In this document: in pieces, positions 50,148 through 59,930 of the stretch
How the letters are laid out: every line of letters begins with the position of its first letter
Numbering within the stretch: position 1 is the stretch's first letter
Source: Parcubacteria group bacterium
Lineage (GTDB): Bacteria > Patescibacteriota > Minisyncoccia > Phycocordibacterales > Phycocordibacteraceae
NCBI GenBank assembly: GCA_028286615.1
Contig: JAQBRG010000004.1
Span: 111,867-175,866 of the forward strand
Direction of reading: 5' to 3'
Length of the DNA stretch: 64,000 nt
Position numbers and translations under genes: made by a program
Notes under the pieces: generated by a model
What the model was told of the DNA's origin: nothing
Seen by the model: the letters and a program-made list of their open reading frames with translations, nothing else
Database searches by the model: none

Positions 50148-50440
50148 TGGAACCTTCTCCTCTGAAGCGTTATTGCCTCCTACCCGAACGGTACTTTCAA
50201 TGTCCGTATCTGTAAAGCAATCTCTATCTTTTAGCTTGACCGGCCGGTATCTCTCCGGTATCTTAATTGTTAACGCGAGTACGGCGCTCTTTTCAATGTT
50301 CCTCTCCATACGGGGTAGGGATGGCTGGAAGGCGCTGCGCGGGGGAAAACACCTAACGCCTTGGTCGCCTGCCATTCTCTGATAGAAGCAGGCAGGCGCG
50401 GTGAAGTTATCACTTTTAGCTACCACTAACTTACAAACGT

Positions 50441-51643
50441 ATGGCAGATGCATTCGATCGAAGCAAGCCGCACATGAACGTGGGCACCATCGGCCACGTT
50501 GACCACGGCAAGACGACGCTCACCGCGGCGATCCTCAATGTGCTTAACCTCAACAAGGCAGCAGGCTACAAGGCCCGCGCCGAGAACGTCGATAACATCG
50601 ACAACGCGCCTGAAGAAAAGGCTCGTGGTATTACTATCGCGCTCCACCACTCGGAGTACGAGAGTCCTAACCGTCACTACGCTCACATCGATGCGCCAGG
50701 ACACGCGGACTACATCAAGAACATGATTACGGGAGCTGCCCAGATGGATGGTGCAGTACTCGTAGTTGCTGCTACTGATGGTGCTATGCCTCAGACTCGT
50801 GAGCACATCTTGCTCGCAAAGCAGGTTGGTGTGCCTCGCCTCATCATCTTCCTCAACAAGGTAGATATGGTGGACGATGCAGACATGCTCGACCTCGTTG
50901 AAGAGGAAATCCGTGAGCTTCTAACGAAGCAGGGATTTGATGGAGCAACAACTCCAGTTATTCGCGGTTCAGGTCTTAAGGCTCTTGAAGCAACAGACCC
51001 AACCAACGAATATGCTCTTAAGGTGAAGGAGCTCGTCGATACGATGGACTCTTACTTCCCACAGCCAGAGCGCGATCTTGATAAGCCATTCCTTATGCCT
51101 ATCGAGGACATCTTCTCGATCGAAGGACGCGGTACCGTTATTACGGGACGCATCGAGCGCGGAATCATCAAGGTTGGTGAGGAAGTTGAAATTGTCGGCC
51201 TTCAGCCAACAGCTAAGACAACCGTTACTGGTATCGAGATGTTCAACAAGCAGCTCCAGACAGGAGAGGCAGGCGACAACGCAGGTATTCTTCTCCGTGG
51301 TACGAAGAAGGAAGACGTTCACCGTGGTCAGGTTCTCGCAAAGTCTGGTTCTGTAACGCCTCACACTGACTTCGAAGCAGAGGTATACATCCTCTCTAAG
51401 GACGAAGGTGGACGTCACACTCCTTTCTTCTCAGGATACAAGCCTCAGTTCTACGTTCGTACAACCGACGTAACTGGCGAAGTAACCCTTCCAGATGGAA
51501 AGGAAATGGTTATGCCAGGTGACACTGTTACCTTCAAGGTAAAGCTCACCGCGCCTATCGCACTTGAGGACAACACCCGCTTCTCAGTTCGTGAAGGAGG
51601 CAAGACTGTGGGAGCAGGTGTGGTCACTAAGATCACTGCGTAA
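50441..51643 (+). CDS. tuf: Elongation factor Tu
   Basis: [26 protein letters not shown]. Confidence 0.98.
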   Translation: MADAFDRSKPHMNVGTIGHVDHGKTTLTAAILNVLNLNKAAGYKARAENVDNIDNAPEEKARGITIALHHSEYESPNRHYAHIDAPGHADYIKNMITGAAQMDGAVLVVAATDGAMPQTREHILLAKQVGVPRLIIFLNKVDMVDDADMLDLVEEEIRELLTKQGFDGATTPVIRGSGLKALEATDPTNEYALKVKELVDTMDSYFPQPERDLDKPFLMPIEDIFSIEGRGTVITGRIERGIIKVGEEVEIVGLQPTAKTTVTGIEMFNKQLQTGEAGDNAGILLRGTKKEDVHRGQVLAKSGSVTPHTDFEAEVYILSKDEGGRHTPFFSGYKPQFYVRTTDVTGEVTLPDGKEMVMPGDTVTFKVKLTAPIALEDNTRFSVREGGKTVGAGVVTKITA

Positions 51644-51655
51644 GCACTTACTCGT

Positions 51656-52018
51656 ATGGCAACCACCGCGAAAAAGACTACGAAGAAAGCGGCCGCAGGC
51701 GAAGCCGCGGCGGAGCCCAAGCTTCGCATCCGCGTGCGCGCCTACGAGCATAAGATCCTCGACCTTTCAGTGAAGCAGATCATGGACACCGCGAATCGCT
51801 TTGAAGCGAAGATCGTAGGCCCAGTACCGCTTCCAACTGAGATAAAGCGATGGACCGTGAACCGTTCTACGTTCGTTCACAAGGACGCACGTGAGCAGTT
51901 CGAAATGCGCATCCACAAGCGTCTTATCGACATCCTTTCGCCAAACCCAAAGGTTATTGAGGCTCTCACGAATCTCAACCTTCCTTCAGGCGTAACGATT
52001 GATGTGAAGATGGTCTAA
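51656..52018 (+). CDS. rpsJ: 30S ribosomal protein S10
   Basis: [22 protein letters not shown]; K/A-rich N-extension. Confidence 0.97.
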   Translation: MATTAKKTTKKAAAGEAAAEPKLRIRVRAYEHKILDLSVKQIMDTANRFEAKIVGPVPLPTEIKRWTVNRSTFVHKDAREQFEMRIHKRLIDILSPNPKVIEALTNLNLPSGVTIDVKMV

Positions 52019-52126
52019 CTCGAAAGAGAAGACAAAAGCAAAACCGCCCGAGAGGGCGGTTTTCTTTATTGCCTACTAAATATGTTATCTTTTGCATCTG
52101 TTCTTTAGTTTTAAGGAGGTGGCTTC

Positions 52127-52474
52127 ATGCCTACCGTAGGTGGAATACCGCCTGTAGATCCTCACAGGCTTTACTTGAAGCGAGCGCATCGGGTCGGGAT
52201 GGTCTGGAAAGGAATTGATGACCACAATGTAGCGGTAGCGGTAGAGCTGGAAAGACAGAAGGGCATTCCGCAGAAAAATACCGAACGCTGGAAAAAATGG
52301 AAGGACGAGAACGGTGTTCGTCCTCGGGGCTATGACACTCTTGAAGTGTGGCGCGACCCTCGGACAATGCGGTTTTCCAAACCACCCACACCTCAGCAAC
52401 TGGCTCAGATGTTCGGCATGAAGACAGGTGCAGATCTGCCAATTCCGAACAGACGAAACAATGTCAGACCATAA
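52127..52474 (+). CDS. Basic hypothetical protein (SD-led cassette)
   Basis: TAAGGAGGT SD; terminator 52502-52527. Confidence 0.7.
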   Translation: MPTVGGIPPVDPHRLYLKRAHRVGMVWKGIDDHNVAVAVELERQKGIPQKNTERWKKWKDENGVRPRGYDTLEVWRDPRTMRFSKPPTPQQLAQMFGMKTGADLPIPNRRNNVRP

Positions 52475-52550
52475 TCAAACTTGGTTATGCAAAATGAAGA
52501 ACGGCCCCGCGATAGTCTGCGGGGCCGCTTATTTTACGGTCCGAAAGGAC

Positions 52551-52682
52551 CTAGAGGCGAGTGGCGGAATCGACGAAGCCGTTGTCGGTTTCGCGCCTGA
52601 TGCCGCTGGAACCACCGTCGCCGATGGCTTCGCCTTCGGGCAAAATCCAGCTGGACGGATCACGCCTGATGTCCCGGTTCAT
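52551..52682 (-). CDS. Putative 43-aa small protein (not in the ORF track)
   Basis: MNRDIRRDPSSWILPEGEAIGDGGSSGIRRETDNGFVDSATRL*; GAGAGG SD; TGcTATAGT -10. Confidence 0.5.
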   Translation of the reverse strand: MNRDIRRDPSSWILPEGEAIGDGGSSGIRRETDNGFVDSATRL

Positions 52683-52864
52683 GAAAGACCTCTCTTCCTG
52701 TCTCGACGTTGAGACTTTCGCACTATAGCACCCCTATTTGCATTTAAAACCCGCCCCCTGTATAGTTCCCAAGTCGCTAAGTACGTCCTTCGGGACGGAC
52801 CAATGGCCGGAAGGCTCCGTTTGGGAGCCCAACGCGCTATTGGATTAGCGCGCTTTATTTTTAC

Positions 52865-53479
52865 ATGAAATTCATCCTCGCTCGCAAAGTTCGCATGACC
52901 CAAGTCTTCGAAGAAGATGGTCGTGTGTTTGCTGGTACCGTTCTAAAGACTGGTCCAGTTGAGGTAACTCAGGTAAAGACTATGGAAACTGACGGCTATG
53001 AGGCTGTTCAGGTTGGTTTCGGCGAGCAGAAAGCAGCTCGTCGTAGCAAGGCCGTTCTTGGACACACCAAGGGCAAAGCTTTCCAGGTCTTGAAGGAGTT
53101 CCGCGGCGAAGTAGGAGATCTTGCTCTTGGTGCTGAGATCACTCCTGACGTATTTGCTGCAGGAGACGCGGTTACAGTATCAGGCGTTTCTAAGGGAAAG
53201 GGCTTTGCGGGCGTGGTTAAGCGCCATGGTTTCCATGGAGGACGCCGCTCGCACGGTCAGAAGCACTCGGAGCGTGAAGCAGGTTCTATCGGTGGAGGCC
53301 CAGGCCGCGCTGGAGGACGTGTTTCTAAGGGCATTCGCATGGCCGGCCGCATGGGCACGGACCGCGTAACGGTGACGAATCTTCGGGTTCTTCGTGTCGA
53401 TACCGCACGTGGCGAAATCATCATCTCAGGCGCAGTGCCAGGAGCTCCTGGAACACTCGTTGAGGTTCGTGCACAGTAA
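52865..53479 (+). CDS. rplC: 50S ribosomal protein L3
   Basis: DGYEAVQVG, SKGKGFAGVVKRHGF, MAGRMG. Confidence 0.97.
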   Translation: MKFILARKVRMTQVFEEDGRVFAGTVLKTGPVEVTQVKTMETDGYEAVQVGFGEQKAARRSKAVLGHTKGKAFQVLKEFRGEVGDLALGAEITPDVFAAGDAVTVSGVSKGKGFAGVVKRHGFHGGRRSHGQKHSEREAGSIGGGPGRAGGRVSKGIRMAGRMGTDRVTVTNLRVLRVDTARGEIIISGAVPGAPGTLVEVRAQ

Positions 53480-53490
53480 TTTTCGTACTT

Positions 53491-54249
53491 ATGGCAACCG
53501 CAAAGAAAACAGTCGCAAAGAAAGCAGCACCTAAGAAGGTGGCAGCTACTCCTGTAGCCGCAAAGACTCTTGGCAACATGGAGGCATCTGTTTGGAACAT
53601 GGCAGGTACTTCAACAGGAACAATCACACTTCCTGAAGAACTCTTCGGTGTTCGTTGGAACGCAGACCTCGTACACCAGGTGGTAATTGGTATGCAAGCT
53701 AACGCTCGCCCAACAACTGCACACACGAAGTTCCGTGGAGAAGTAGCAGGAGGAGGAAAGAAGCCTTGGAAGCAGAAGGGTACAGGACGTGCTCGTCACG
53801 GTTCTACTCGCTCTCCAATCTGGAAGGGTGGAGGTGTAACGCACGGTCCACGCGCTGAAAAGGACTACACCGTTAAGATCAACCGCAAGATGCGCGCTGC
53901 TGCTCTTGCTGCTGTTCTCTCACGCAAGTTCAAGCACGGCGAGATCATCTTCGTAGACTCTCTTTCAATTGCTGCACCTAAGACTGCACAGGCTCGCACC
54001 GCGCTTATCGCAATTGCTAAGGCATCAGGACAGGCAATGCTCGCAACCAAGCGCAAGAACGCAGCCGTTGTGGCATTCGCAAAGAAGGATGCAATGAGCG
54101 AGAAGTCTTTCCGCAACATCAACAGCCTTACGCTCGACGAAGTTCGTAACCTCAACGCTGCAGACCTCGTAACAAAGAAGTACCTTGTTATCGAGAACCC
54201 AGCAGAGGCACTCCCAGTTCTAACAGCCCGCTTCGGCAAGAAGGCATAA
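53491..54249 (+). CDS. rplD: 50S ribosomal protein L4
   Basis: GGGKKPWKQKGTGRARHGS. Confidence 0.97.
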   Translation: MATAKKTVAKKAAPKKVAATPVAAKTLGNMEASVWNMAGTSTGTITLPEELFGVRWNADLVHQVVIGMQANARPTTAHTKFRGEVAGGGKKPWKQKGTGRARHGSTRSPIWKGGGVTHGPRAEKDYTVKINRKMRAAALAAVLSRKFKHGEIIFVDSLSIAAPKTAQARTALIAIAKASGQAMLATKRKNAAVVAFAKKDAMSEKSFRNINSLTLDEVRNLNAADLVTKKYLVIENPAEALPVLTARFGKKA

Positions 54250-54259
54250 CGATATCTAT

Positions 54260-54634
54260 ATGGCACTTTTCTCAAGCGACAAAAAGAAGACAGTATCAAA
54301 GAAGGCATCTGGAGATGTGGTAGTTCAGCGCGGCATGCTCGCACTTGATGACTCACGCATCGCTAACGTGCTTAAGCGCCCTTGGTTCTCTGAGAAGGCA
54401 CTTATTGGTACTGAAAAGGGAATCTACGTATTCGAAGTTCCTCCTTCCGTAACGAAGATCGATGTTAAGAACGCAATACAGAAGACGTACGGCGTTATGC
54501 CCCGCAAGGTTCGTATGGTTAACCTTCCTGCTAAAACTGTCTCACTTCGCTCACGTCGTGGCACAGGAACCCGTGCAGCCCGTCACAAGGCATACGTGTA
54601 CCTTAACGAGGGTGACAGCATTCAGTTTGCATAG
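54260..54634 (+). CDS. rplW: 50S ribosomal protein L23
   Basis: PWFSEKA, YVFEV, KAYVYL; synteny. Confidence 0.93.
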   Translation: MALFSSDKKKTVSKKASGDVVVQRGMLALDDSRIANVLKRPWFSEKALIGTEKGIYVFEVPPSVTKIDVKNAIQKTYGVMPRKVRMVNLPAKTVSLRSRRGTGTRAARHKAYVYLNEGDSIQFA

Positions 54635-54651
54635 TTTCTAATTATTTACGT

Positions 54652-55494
54652 ATGAAAAGCTTCAAGCCAACCTCAAAAAGCCGCCGCTCAATGACCGTCG
54701 TAACGTACCGCGGCGTGCTTTCTGGCGACAAGCCACACAAGGCACTTCTTTCAACGAAGAAGAACCAGGCAGGACGTAACAACTCTGGACGTATTACCGT
54801 TCGTCACCAGGGTGGAGGCCACAAGCGCCGTCTTCGCGATATCGACTTTAAGTACGACAAGAAGAACATCCCAGCTCGCGTTGAGACTATTGAGTACGAT
54901 CCATACCGAACCGCATTCATTGCTCTTTCAGTATTCGCCGATGGAGAGCGCCGTTACGTAACAGTTCCTAAGGACATGAAGGTTGGAGACACATTCATGG
55001 TTGGAGAGAATGCACCTATTAAGACTGGCAACCGTCTTCCTCTCGCGAAGATTCCTTCAGGAACATTCATCTACAACGTAGAGCTTCGTGCAGGAGCAGG
55101 AGCACGCATCGCTCGTTCAGCTGGTATCTACGCTGAGATCATCGCGCACGACGCAGGATACGTGCAGGTTAAGATGCCTTCAACTGAAGTTCGCAAGATT
55201 TCTGAACAGGCATGGGCATCTATCGGTGTTGTTGGAAACGAAGAGCAGCGTCTCGCTAACTACGGAAAGGCAGGTAAGAGCCGTTGGAAGGGTATTCGCC
55301 CAACCGTTCGTGGTACTGCCATGAACCCGGTAGACCACCCACACGGAGGTGGTGAAGGAAAGCAGGGACGTGGTCTCCGCCGTGCCAAGAGCATGTGGGG
55401 CAAGCCAACAGGCAAGGGCCAGAAGACTCGCACTCCAAAGAAATACTCAAACAAGCACATTGTTTCTCGCCGAAAGGTTGGAAAGAAGGGCTAA
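54652..55494 (+). CDS. rplB: 50S ribosomal protein L2
   Basis: GRITVRHQGGGHK, MNPVDHPHGGGEG. Confidence 0.98.
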   Translation: MKSFKPTSKSRRSMTVVTYRGVLSGDKPHKALLSTKKNQAGRNNSGRITVRHQGGGHKRRLRDIDFKYDKKNIPARVETIEYDPYRTAFIALSVFADGERRYVTVPKDMKVGDTFMVGENAPIKTGNRLPLAKIPSGTFIYNVELRAGAGARIARSAGIYAEIIAHDAGYVQVKMPSTEVRKISEQAWASIGVVGNEEQRLANYGKAGKSRWKGIRPTVRGTAMNPVDHPHGGGEGKQGRGLRRAKSMWGKPTGKGQKTRTPKKYSNKHIVSRRKVGKKG

Positions 55495-55496
55495 AG

Positions 55497-55522
55497 AAAA
55501 ACCCCGCAGAAGCGGGGTTTTC
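55497..55522 (+). terminator. Intrinsic terminator after rplB
   Basis: aaaaaccccgc-agaa-gcggggtttt. Confidence 0.8.
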
Positions 55523-55592
55523 TTTTATATAGATAACTTGACATATATAGAATTTAATTCTATATAAAGGGCAGTCAACAAAGGAGGCTTTC

Positions 55593-55823
55593 ATGCCCGT
55601 TCTCATCGCAATCTCTTTGATTTTGTATATCGTCTTCGTGCTCTTTGTCGCCTTAAAGTCTGGATCGGTCACAATCGACGGTCGGGAAATCAAGGACCCA
55701 TTCCTTCGGGGTCTTATTGCGCTAGCCATCTGGCCGTTAATTGGCCTTGTTCTCTGGCTGATTGGTTTGGTTGGTGGCTTTTTGCTCTTACCGTTCGCTG
55801 CTTTATTCGGCCTTGTCCATTAG
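55593..55823 (+). CDS. Small membrane protein (SD-led cassette)
   Basis: TTGACA promoter, AAGGAGG SD, two hydrophobic segments. Confidence 0.7.
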   Translation: MPVLIAISLILYIVFVLFVALKSGSVTIDGREIKDPFLRGLIALAIWPLIGLVLWLIGLVGGFLLLPFAALFGLVH

Positions 55824-55895
55824 ACGAGAGCGCCAGAAGTCTCGTGGAGAAGCTTTGCTTCCGCGAGGCTTTTTCATTTAATAAGGATCAATATT

Positions 55896-56330
55896 TTAAG
55901 CGAACTCTCGTATGTTTTGTGCAATCTCTTTAAGCTCTTCTTGCGGGCTGATTGGCCTGTCGCCAGTTGGCCGGTATAGGAATTCTCTTGGTTCGTATTC
56001 GTACACACCGGCATCTCCTTCTTTTCGAGGCAGGACATGCAGATGGAAATGCGGTACAGATTGTCCACCAATCTTCTCTTCGTTCCATGCATAGTTAAAT
56101 CCTTCTGTGCCAAACACTTTTTGCATAGAGACCTTAATTCCTGCACGAAGTTGCTCAATAGCTTCGCGCTCAGCTTCAGTTAGTTCCTCGTAGTACTGCA
56201 CATGTCGAATGGGCGATATGAGCGTGTGCCCAGGAACGATAGGAATGTTTGTAAGGAACGCGAAAGCTAAATCGTTCTTAACGATCGTACGATCTTCTAA
56301 TTCCGCATTGCCACAGAAAGCACACTCCAT
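55896..56330 (-). CDS. HIT-family hydrolase (Fhit-like)
   Basis: CAFC, PIVPGHTL, GQSVPHFHLHVLPR. Confidence 0.9.
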   Translation of the reverse strand: MECAFCGNAELEDRTIVKNDLAFAFLTNIPIVPGHTLISPIRHVQYYEELTEAEREAIEQLRAGIKVSMQKVFGTEGFNYAWNEEKIGGQSVPHFHLHVLPRKEGDAGVYEYEPREFLYRPTGDRPISPQEELKEIAQNIREFA

Positions 56331-56332
56331 AT

Positions 56333-57142
56333 TTATTGAACTTTATACCCAGGCTTCAGGATGTCTGAAAGCTGTGAGAGCGGAACAGGAAACTCAACAG
56401 TTCCAAGTACATACGGGCCAACGGCGTATGGAGAGAAGACAATAACGAGATTGTCACCCTCTACATAGAAGGTCTGGAAGCTCTCAACTACTGGCTTCGT
56501 ACCGTCTTCGATCATATCCATAGGCACTTCAGACACTGCTACCTGCTCGCGTTCAGCGATGATGCCAGGAAGCTGTGCACGAGAGATCTGGGAGAGCTTG
56601 GTTAGATAGTTTGCGCCTGGAACAAAGAGATTTCCAATAGCGAGGTTGATACCGGTTGAGGTGTCGAAGGTAAAGGAGTGATAGTAGGTGTTGGGGTGCG
56701 CTCCGAGAGTGTTCGCGTATATCTCGTAGAGATAGGTAATGGTGCTAGGAGACATGTGCGTGGTGTACGCGATGGTAAGTGCGTACTTGCGATCATCCTT
56801 CCCGATACCCTGCATATCAATATCTTCTTGAGTAAGATCATTTAGACCAGACTCCTTCTTAAAGGTATCGATAGTATCCGTTACCCACGCCTTCATAAGA
56901 GCAGCTGCCTGAATGCCCGCTCCGGCCTCGCTACTAGCTGAAAGAGCTGCAGCCTTAGGGAATAGTGCTCGAACCTCGTAGTACTGCTGAAGATCAATGA
57001 TTTGCTCGTTGTTCTGGGCTTCTTGCTCAGTACCTGTAGAAGTCTGCAACGCGGGAGCCGGGTGAGTGGCCATAAACCAAAGGGCAAGACCAAGAATAAT
57101 GAATGCGGCGATGCCAACCCCAACGAATTCCTTGTTTTTCAT
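56333..57142 (-). CDS. DUF3298/RsiV-like membrane-anchored protein
   Basis: N-term TM; TLGAHPNTYYHSFTFD; FSPYAVGPYVLG. Confidence 0.75.
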   Translation of the reverse strand: MKNKEFVGVGIAAFIILGLALWFMATHPAPALQTSTGTEQEAQNNEQIIDLQQYYEVRALFPKAAALSASSEAGAGIQAAALMKAWVTDTIDTFKKESGLNDLTQEDIDMQGIGKDDRKYALTIAYTTHMSPSTITYLYEIYANTLGAHPNTYYHSFTFDTSTGINLAIGNLFVPGANYLTKLSQISRAQLPGIIAEREQVAVSEVPMDMIEDGTKPVVESFQTFYVEGDNLVIVFSPYAVGPYVLGTVEFPVPLSQLSDILKPGYKVQ

Positions 57143-57199
57143 ATAGAGATAAGTATATATCTAAACAAAGGACCCTGCGCGTGCGCAGGGTCCGTACTC

Positions 57200-57721
57200 T
57201 TACATATGCCAGCAGATCATCTTATCGAGTTCGTCCGAAAGCAGGCTGCCGCCCGGGAAAACAAAGAACCAAATTTCCCAGGTTACTTGAAGTCGCTCAA
57301 ACATCTCGTGGACTTCGTTTCTTTCAAGAGCGCGGAAGGATTTTCTTGGATGCGGTTCAATTCCCACTAATTCATCGCTATCGATCGCTTCCCGTAACGC
57401 ACGGACAGCCAGCGGGATGCTTTGCTTAGAGACTCGCGATAAGCGCCACCCCAGCCACCTTGCCAGGCGCGAGTAATGTCGTTGCTGACGTCTGTCCCAT
57501 ACTGTGTTCAGTCGCTTGACGGCCTCGTCCTGTCGCTTTTCCAGGCTCGAAACCTTAGAAACGTGTTTAGTTAGCTTGTTATTTCGATCCGTAATCCGCA
57601 CCACCGTCTTGGACCGATGGCTAAAATCTCCAGTCTCAAGAGCTTCTCTGGAGGCCTGAATTACGTTACCTGCAGGTGGAAAGAACTCAATTTGGATGAT
57701 GTTTGGGAGTATATGCCCCAT
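57200..57721 (-). CDS. Hypothetical protein (SD-led cassette)
   Basis: AGGGAG 7 nt before ATG 57721; hairpin 57169-57193 downstream. Confidence 0.6.
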   Translation of the reverse strand: MGHILPNIIQIEFFPPAGNVIQASREALETGDFSHRSKTVVRITDRNNKLTKHVSKVSSLEKRQDEAVKRLNTVWDRRQQRHYSRLARWLGWRLSRVSKQSIPLAVRALREAIDSDELVGIEPHPRKSFRALERNEVHEMFERLQVTWEIWFFVFPGGSLLSDELDKMICWHM

Positions 57722-57842
57722 AACCGGTCTCCCTTTCTCATGAATGGACTGGCAAAACCCTAACATAACGGCCTAAAGTTTGACACTTACCGCCATTTCG
57801 TATAGATTTTACCTATCCCGCCCAGCGGGCTTTTAACTACTC

Positions 57843-58190
57843 ATGTCCCGTTCCCTCAAGAAAGGCCCATACGTCGACTTCAAGCTCCTGAAGAAAGTTC
57901 AGGACAAAAAGCCTGCATCTGCAGGGGTTATTAAGACGTGGGCACGTAACAGCCAGATCGCTCCTGAGTTCGTTGGATTCACATTCGGTGTACACAACGG
58001 CAAGCAGCACCTGGAAGTTCTTGTGGCTGAGGAGATGGTAGGGCACCGCCTGGGAGAATTCTCTCCAACTAAGAAGTTCGTTCGTCACGGAGGAAAGATG
58101 CAGAAGCAGCTTGAGCAGAAGAAGCAGCAGGCAGAAATAACCGCAGCTAAGGCTGCAAAGGCAGCTCCAGCAGCGCCTAAGAAGAAATAA
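57843..58190 (+). CDS. rpsS: 30S ribosomal protein S19
   Basis: [27 protein letters not shown]. Confidence 0.97.
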   Translation: MSRSLKKGPYVDFKLLKKVQDKKPASAGVIKTWARNSQIAPEFVGFTFGVHNGKQHLEVLVAEEMVGHRLGEFSPTKKFVRHGGKMQKQLEQKKQQAEITAAKAAKAAPAAPKKK

Positions 58191-58191
58191 T

Positions 58192-58608
58192 ATGGCTTCT
58201 ACTGGAACACACCGACCGCCAGCTAAGGCTCGCAAAGAAGAAGCGAAGAAGCAGATTCGTGCTTCTATCGACACCTACAACCAGGCCCCTCGCAAGGTTC
58301 GTCTTGTGACCGACATGATCAAGGGCAAGCGCGTTGCTGACGCTATCGCTGCTCTCTCATTCCTTCCTAAGCGCGCATCTCTTCCAATCAAGAAGCTCAT
58401 CGAGTCAGCTGCAGCTAACGCAAAGCAGAAGGGAGAAGACGTAGACATGCTCCGCGTTGAGGATATTCGTGTAGACTCAGCAGGTATGCTCGTTCGATTC
58501 ATGCCTCGCGCTATGGGTCGTGCAGCTCCTATCCGCAAGCGTCGCAGCCAGGTGGTTATCACCCTCGGTATCGATCCTAAAGCCGTAGCTAAAGCTGCAA
58601 AGGCATAA
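58192..58608 (+). CDS. rplV: 50S ribosomal protein L22
   Basis: PRKVRLV, SAAANA, PRAMGRA. Confidence 0.96.
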   Translation: MASTGTHRPPAKARKEEAKKQIRASIDTYNQAPRKVRLVTDMIKGKRVADAIAALSFLPKRASLPIKKLIESAAANAKQKGEDVDMLRVEDIRVDSAGMLVRFMPRAMGRAAPIRKRRSQVVITLGIDPKAVAKAAKA

Positions 58609-58614
58609 TTTTAT

Positions 58615-59295
58615 ATGACACACACCGTACATCCTTACGCACACCGCCTTGGCATCATCCGTGATTGGAAGAGCCGTTGGTTTGCTATAGACAAGAAGTC
58701 ATACCGCGAGAATCTTGCGGTTGACGCTGCTATCCGTGGCTTCCTCAAGAAGCGTCTTAAGGGTATGCACGTTTCAGATACTGAAATCGAGCGTTCTGCT
58801 AACGAAGTACGCGTTATTCTCCACACTGCTCGCCCAGGTCTCGTAATCGGTCGCTCAGGTGAGAACGCAACCAAGCTCCGCACCGAGCTCAACAAGGTTG
58901 TTCGCAAGATCGCTCCAGCACACGGACGTTCAGTGAAGCTCGACATCATGGAAATCCGCCAGCCTGAGACTTCAGCTGCGGTTGTTGGCCAGATGGTTGC
59001 CGAAGGACTTGAGAAGCGTATGCCGTTCCGCCGCGTTCTTAAGGGAACAGTTGAGAAGGTCATGGGTGTTCGCGAGGTTATCGGAATCCGCATCGTGGTT
59101 TCCGGTCGTCTTGGTGGCGCTGACATGAGCCGCACCGAGCAGATCAAGCGCGGACGTATTCCTCTTCAGACTTTCCGTGCAAATATCGATTACGCGCAAG
59201 TCGAAGCGCTTCTTCCGTACGGAATCATCGGTATCAAGGTTTGGATCTACCTAGGTGAGACCTTCGAGTCCAGCACGCCAGCTACCACAAAATAA
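58615..59295 (+). CDS. rpsC: 30S ribosomal protein S3
   Basis: HPYAHRLGI, PGLVIG, SGRLGGA, PLQTFRANIDY. Confidence 0.97.
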   Translation: MTHTVHPYAHRLGIIRDWKSRWFAIDKKSYRENLAVDAAIRGFLKKRLKGMHVSDTEIERSANEVRVILHTARPGLVIGRSGENATKLRTELNKVVRKIAPAHGRSVKLDIMEIRQPETSAAVVGQMVAEGLEKRMPFRRVLKGTVEKVMGVREVIGIRIVVSGRLGGADMSRTEQIKRGRIPLQTFRANIDYAQVEALLPYGIIGIKVWIYLGETFESSTPATTK

Positions 59296-59297
59296 TT

Positions 59298-59717
59298 ATG
59301 TTGTTTCCTAAAAAAGTTAAACACCGCAAGTGGCAGACAGGACGTAAGTCCCCTGAGAAACTCGCACGTCCTGAGACTCGTGGTATCACGGTAGCCTTCG
59401 GTTCGTACGGTCTTAAGGCCACAAGTCCTTCACGCGTTACTTCTAACCAGATTGAGGCCGCTCGTAAGGTTCTTACACGCGTAACCGGAAAAGGTGGTAA
59501 GCTCTGGATTCGCATCTTCCCAGACCGTCCAATCACCAACAAGCCTGCTGAGGTAGGCATGGGTAAGGGTAAGGGAGATCCTAAGCACTTCGTGTTCGAG
59601 GTACGTCCAGGACGTGTGCTCTTCGAGCTTGATGGTGTGGACGATGCTAAGGCACGGGACGCACTTCGCCGCGCTGGTGGAAAGCTTCCGCTTAAGACTA
59701 CGATAGTCACCCGCTAG
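59298..59717 (+). CDS. rplP: 50S ribosomal protein L16
   Basis: QIEAAR, WIRIFPD, MGKGKG. Confidence 0.97.
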   Translation: MLFPKKVKHRKWQTGRKSPEKLARPETRGITVAFGSYGLKATSPSRVTSNQIEAARKVLTRVTGKGGKLWIRIFPDRPITNKPAEVGMGKGKGDPKHFVFEVRPGRVLFELDGVDDAKARDALRRAGGKLPLKTTIVTR

Positions 59718-59727
59718 ATATTTACGT

Positions 59728-59922
59728 ATGGCAAAGAAAATTTCATTCAAAGAGAAGAGTGCAGACGAGCTAGCAAAGCTTCTTATGGAGAAGCGTGAAG
59801 AGCTTCGTACCCTTCGTTTCTCATTCGCAGGTTCTCGTGGCAAAGACAGCAATGCTGCAGGAAAGACTCGCAAAGACGTCGCTCGTATCCTTACGGAGAT
59901 GACCGCAAAGAAGATCGCATAA
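59728..59922 (+). CDS. rpmC: 50S ribosomal protein L29
   Basis: LRTLRF..RKDVARILT; synteny. Confidence 0.93.
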   Translation: MAKKISFKEKSADELAKLLMEKREELRTLRFSFAGSRGKDSNAAGKTRKDVARILTEMTAKKIA

Positions 59923-59930
59923 ACACTACT

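Noticed and set aside
52428-52712. 94-aa plus-strand ORF
   Set aside because: It spans a terminator and lacks start signals; the minus-strand 43-aa ORF has better support.
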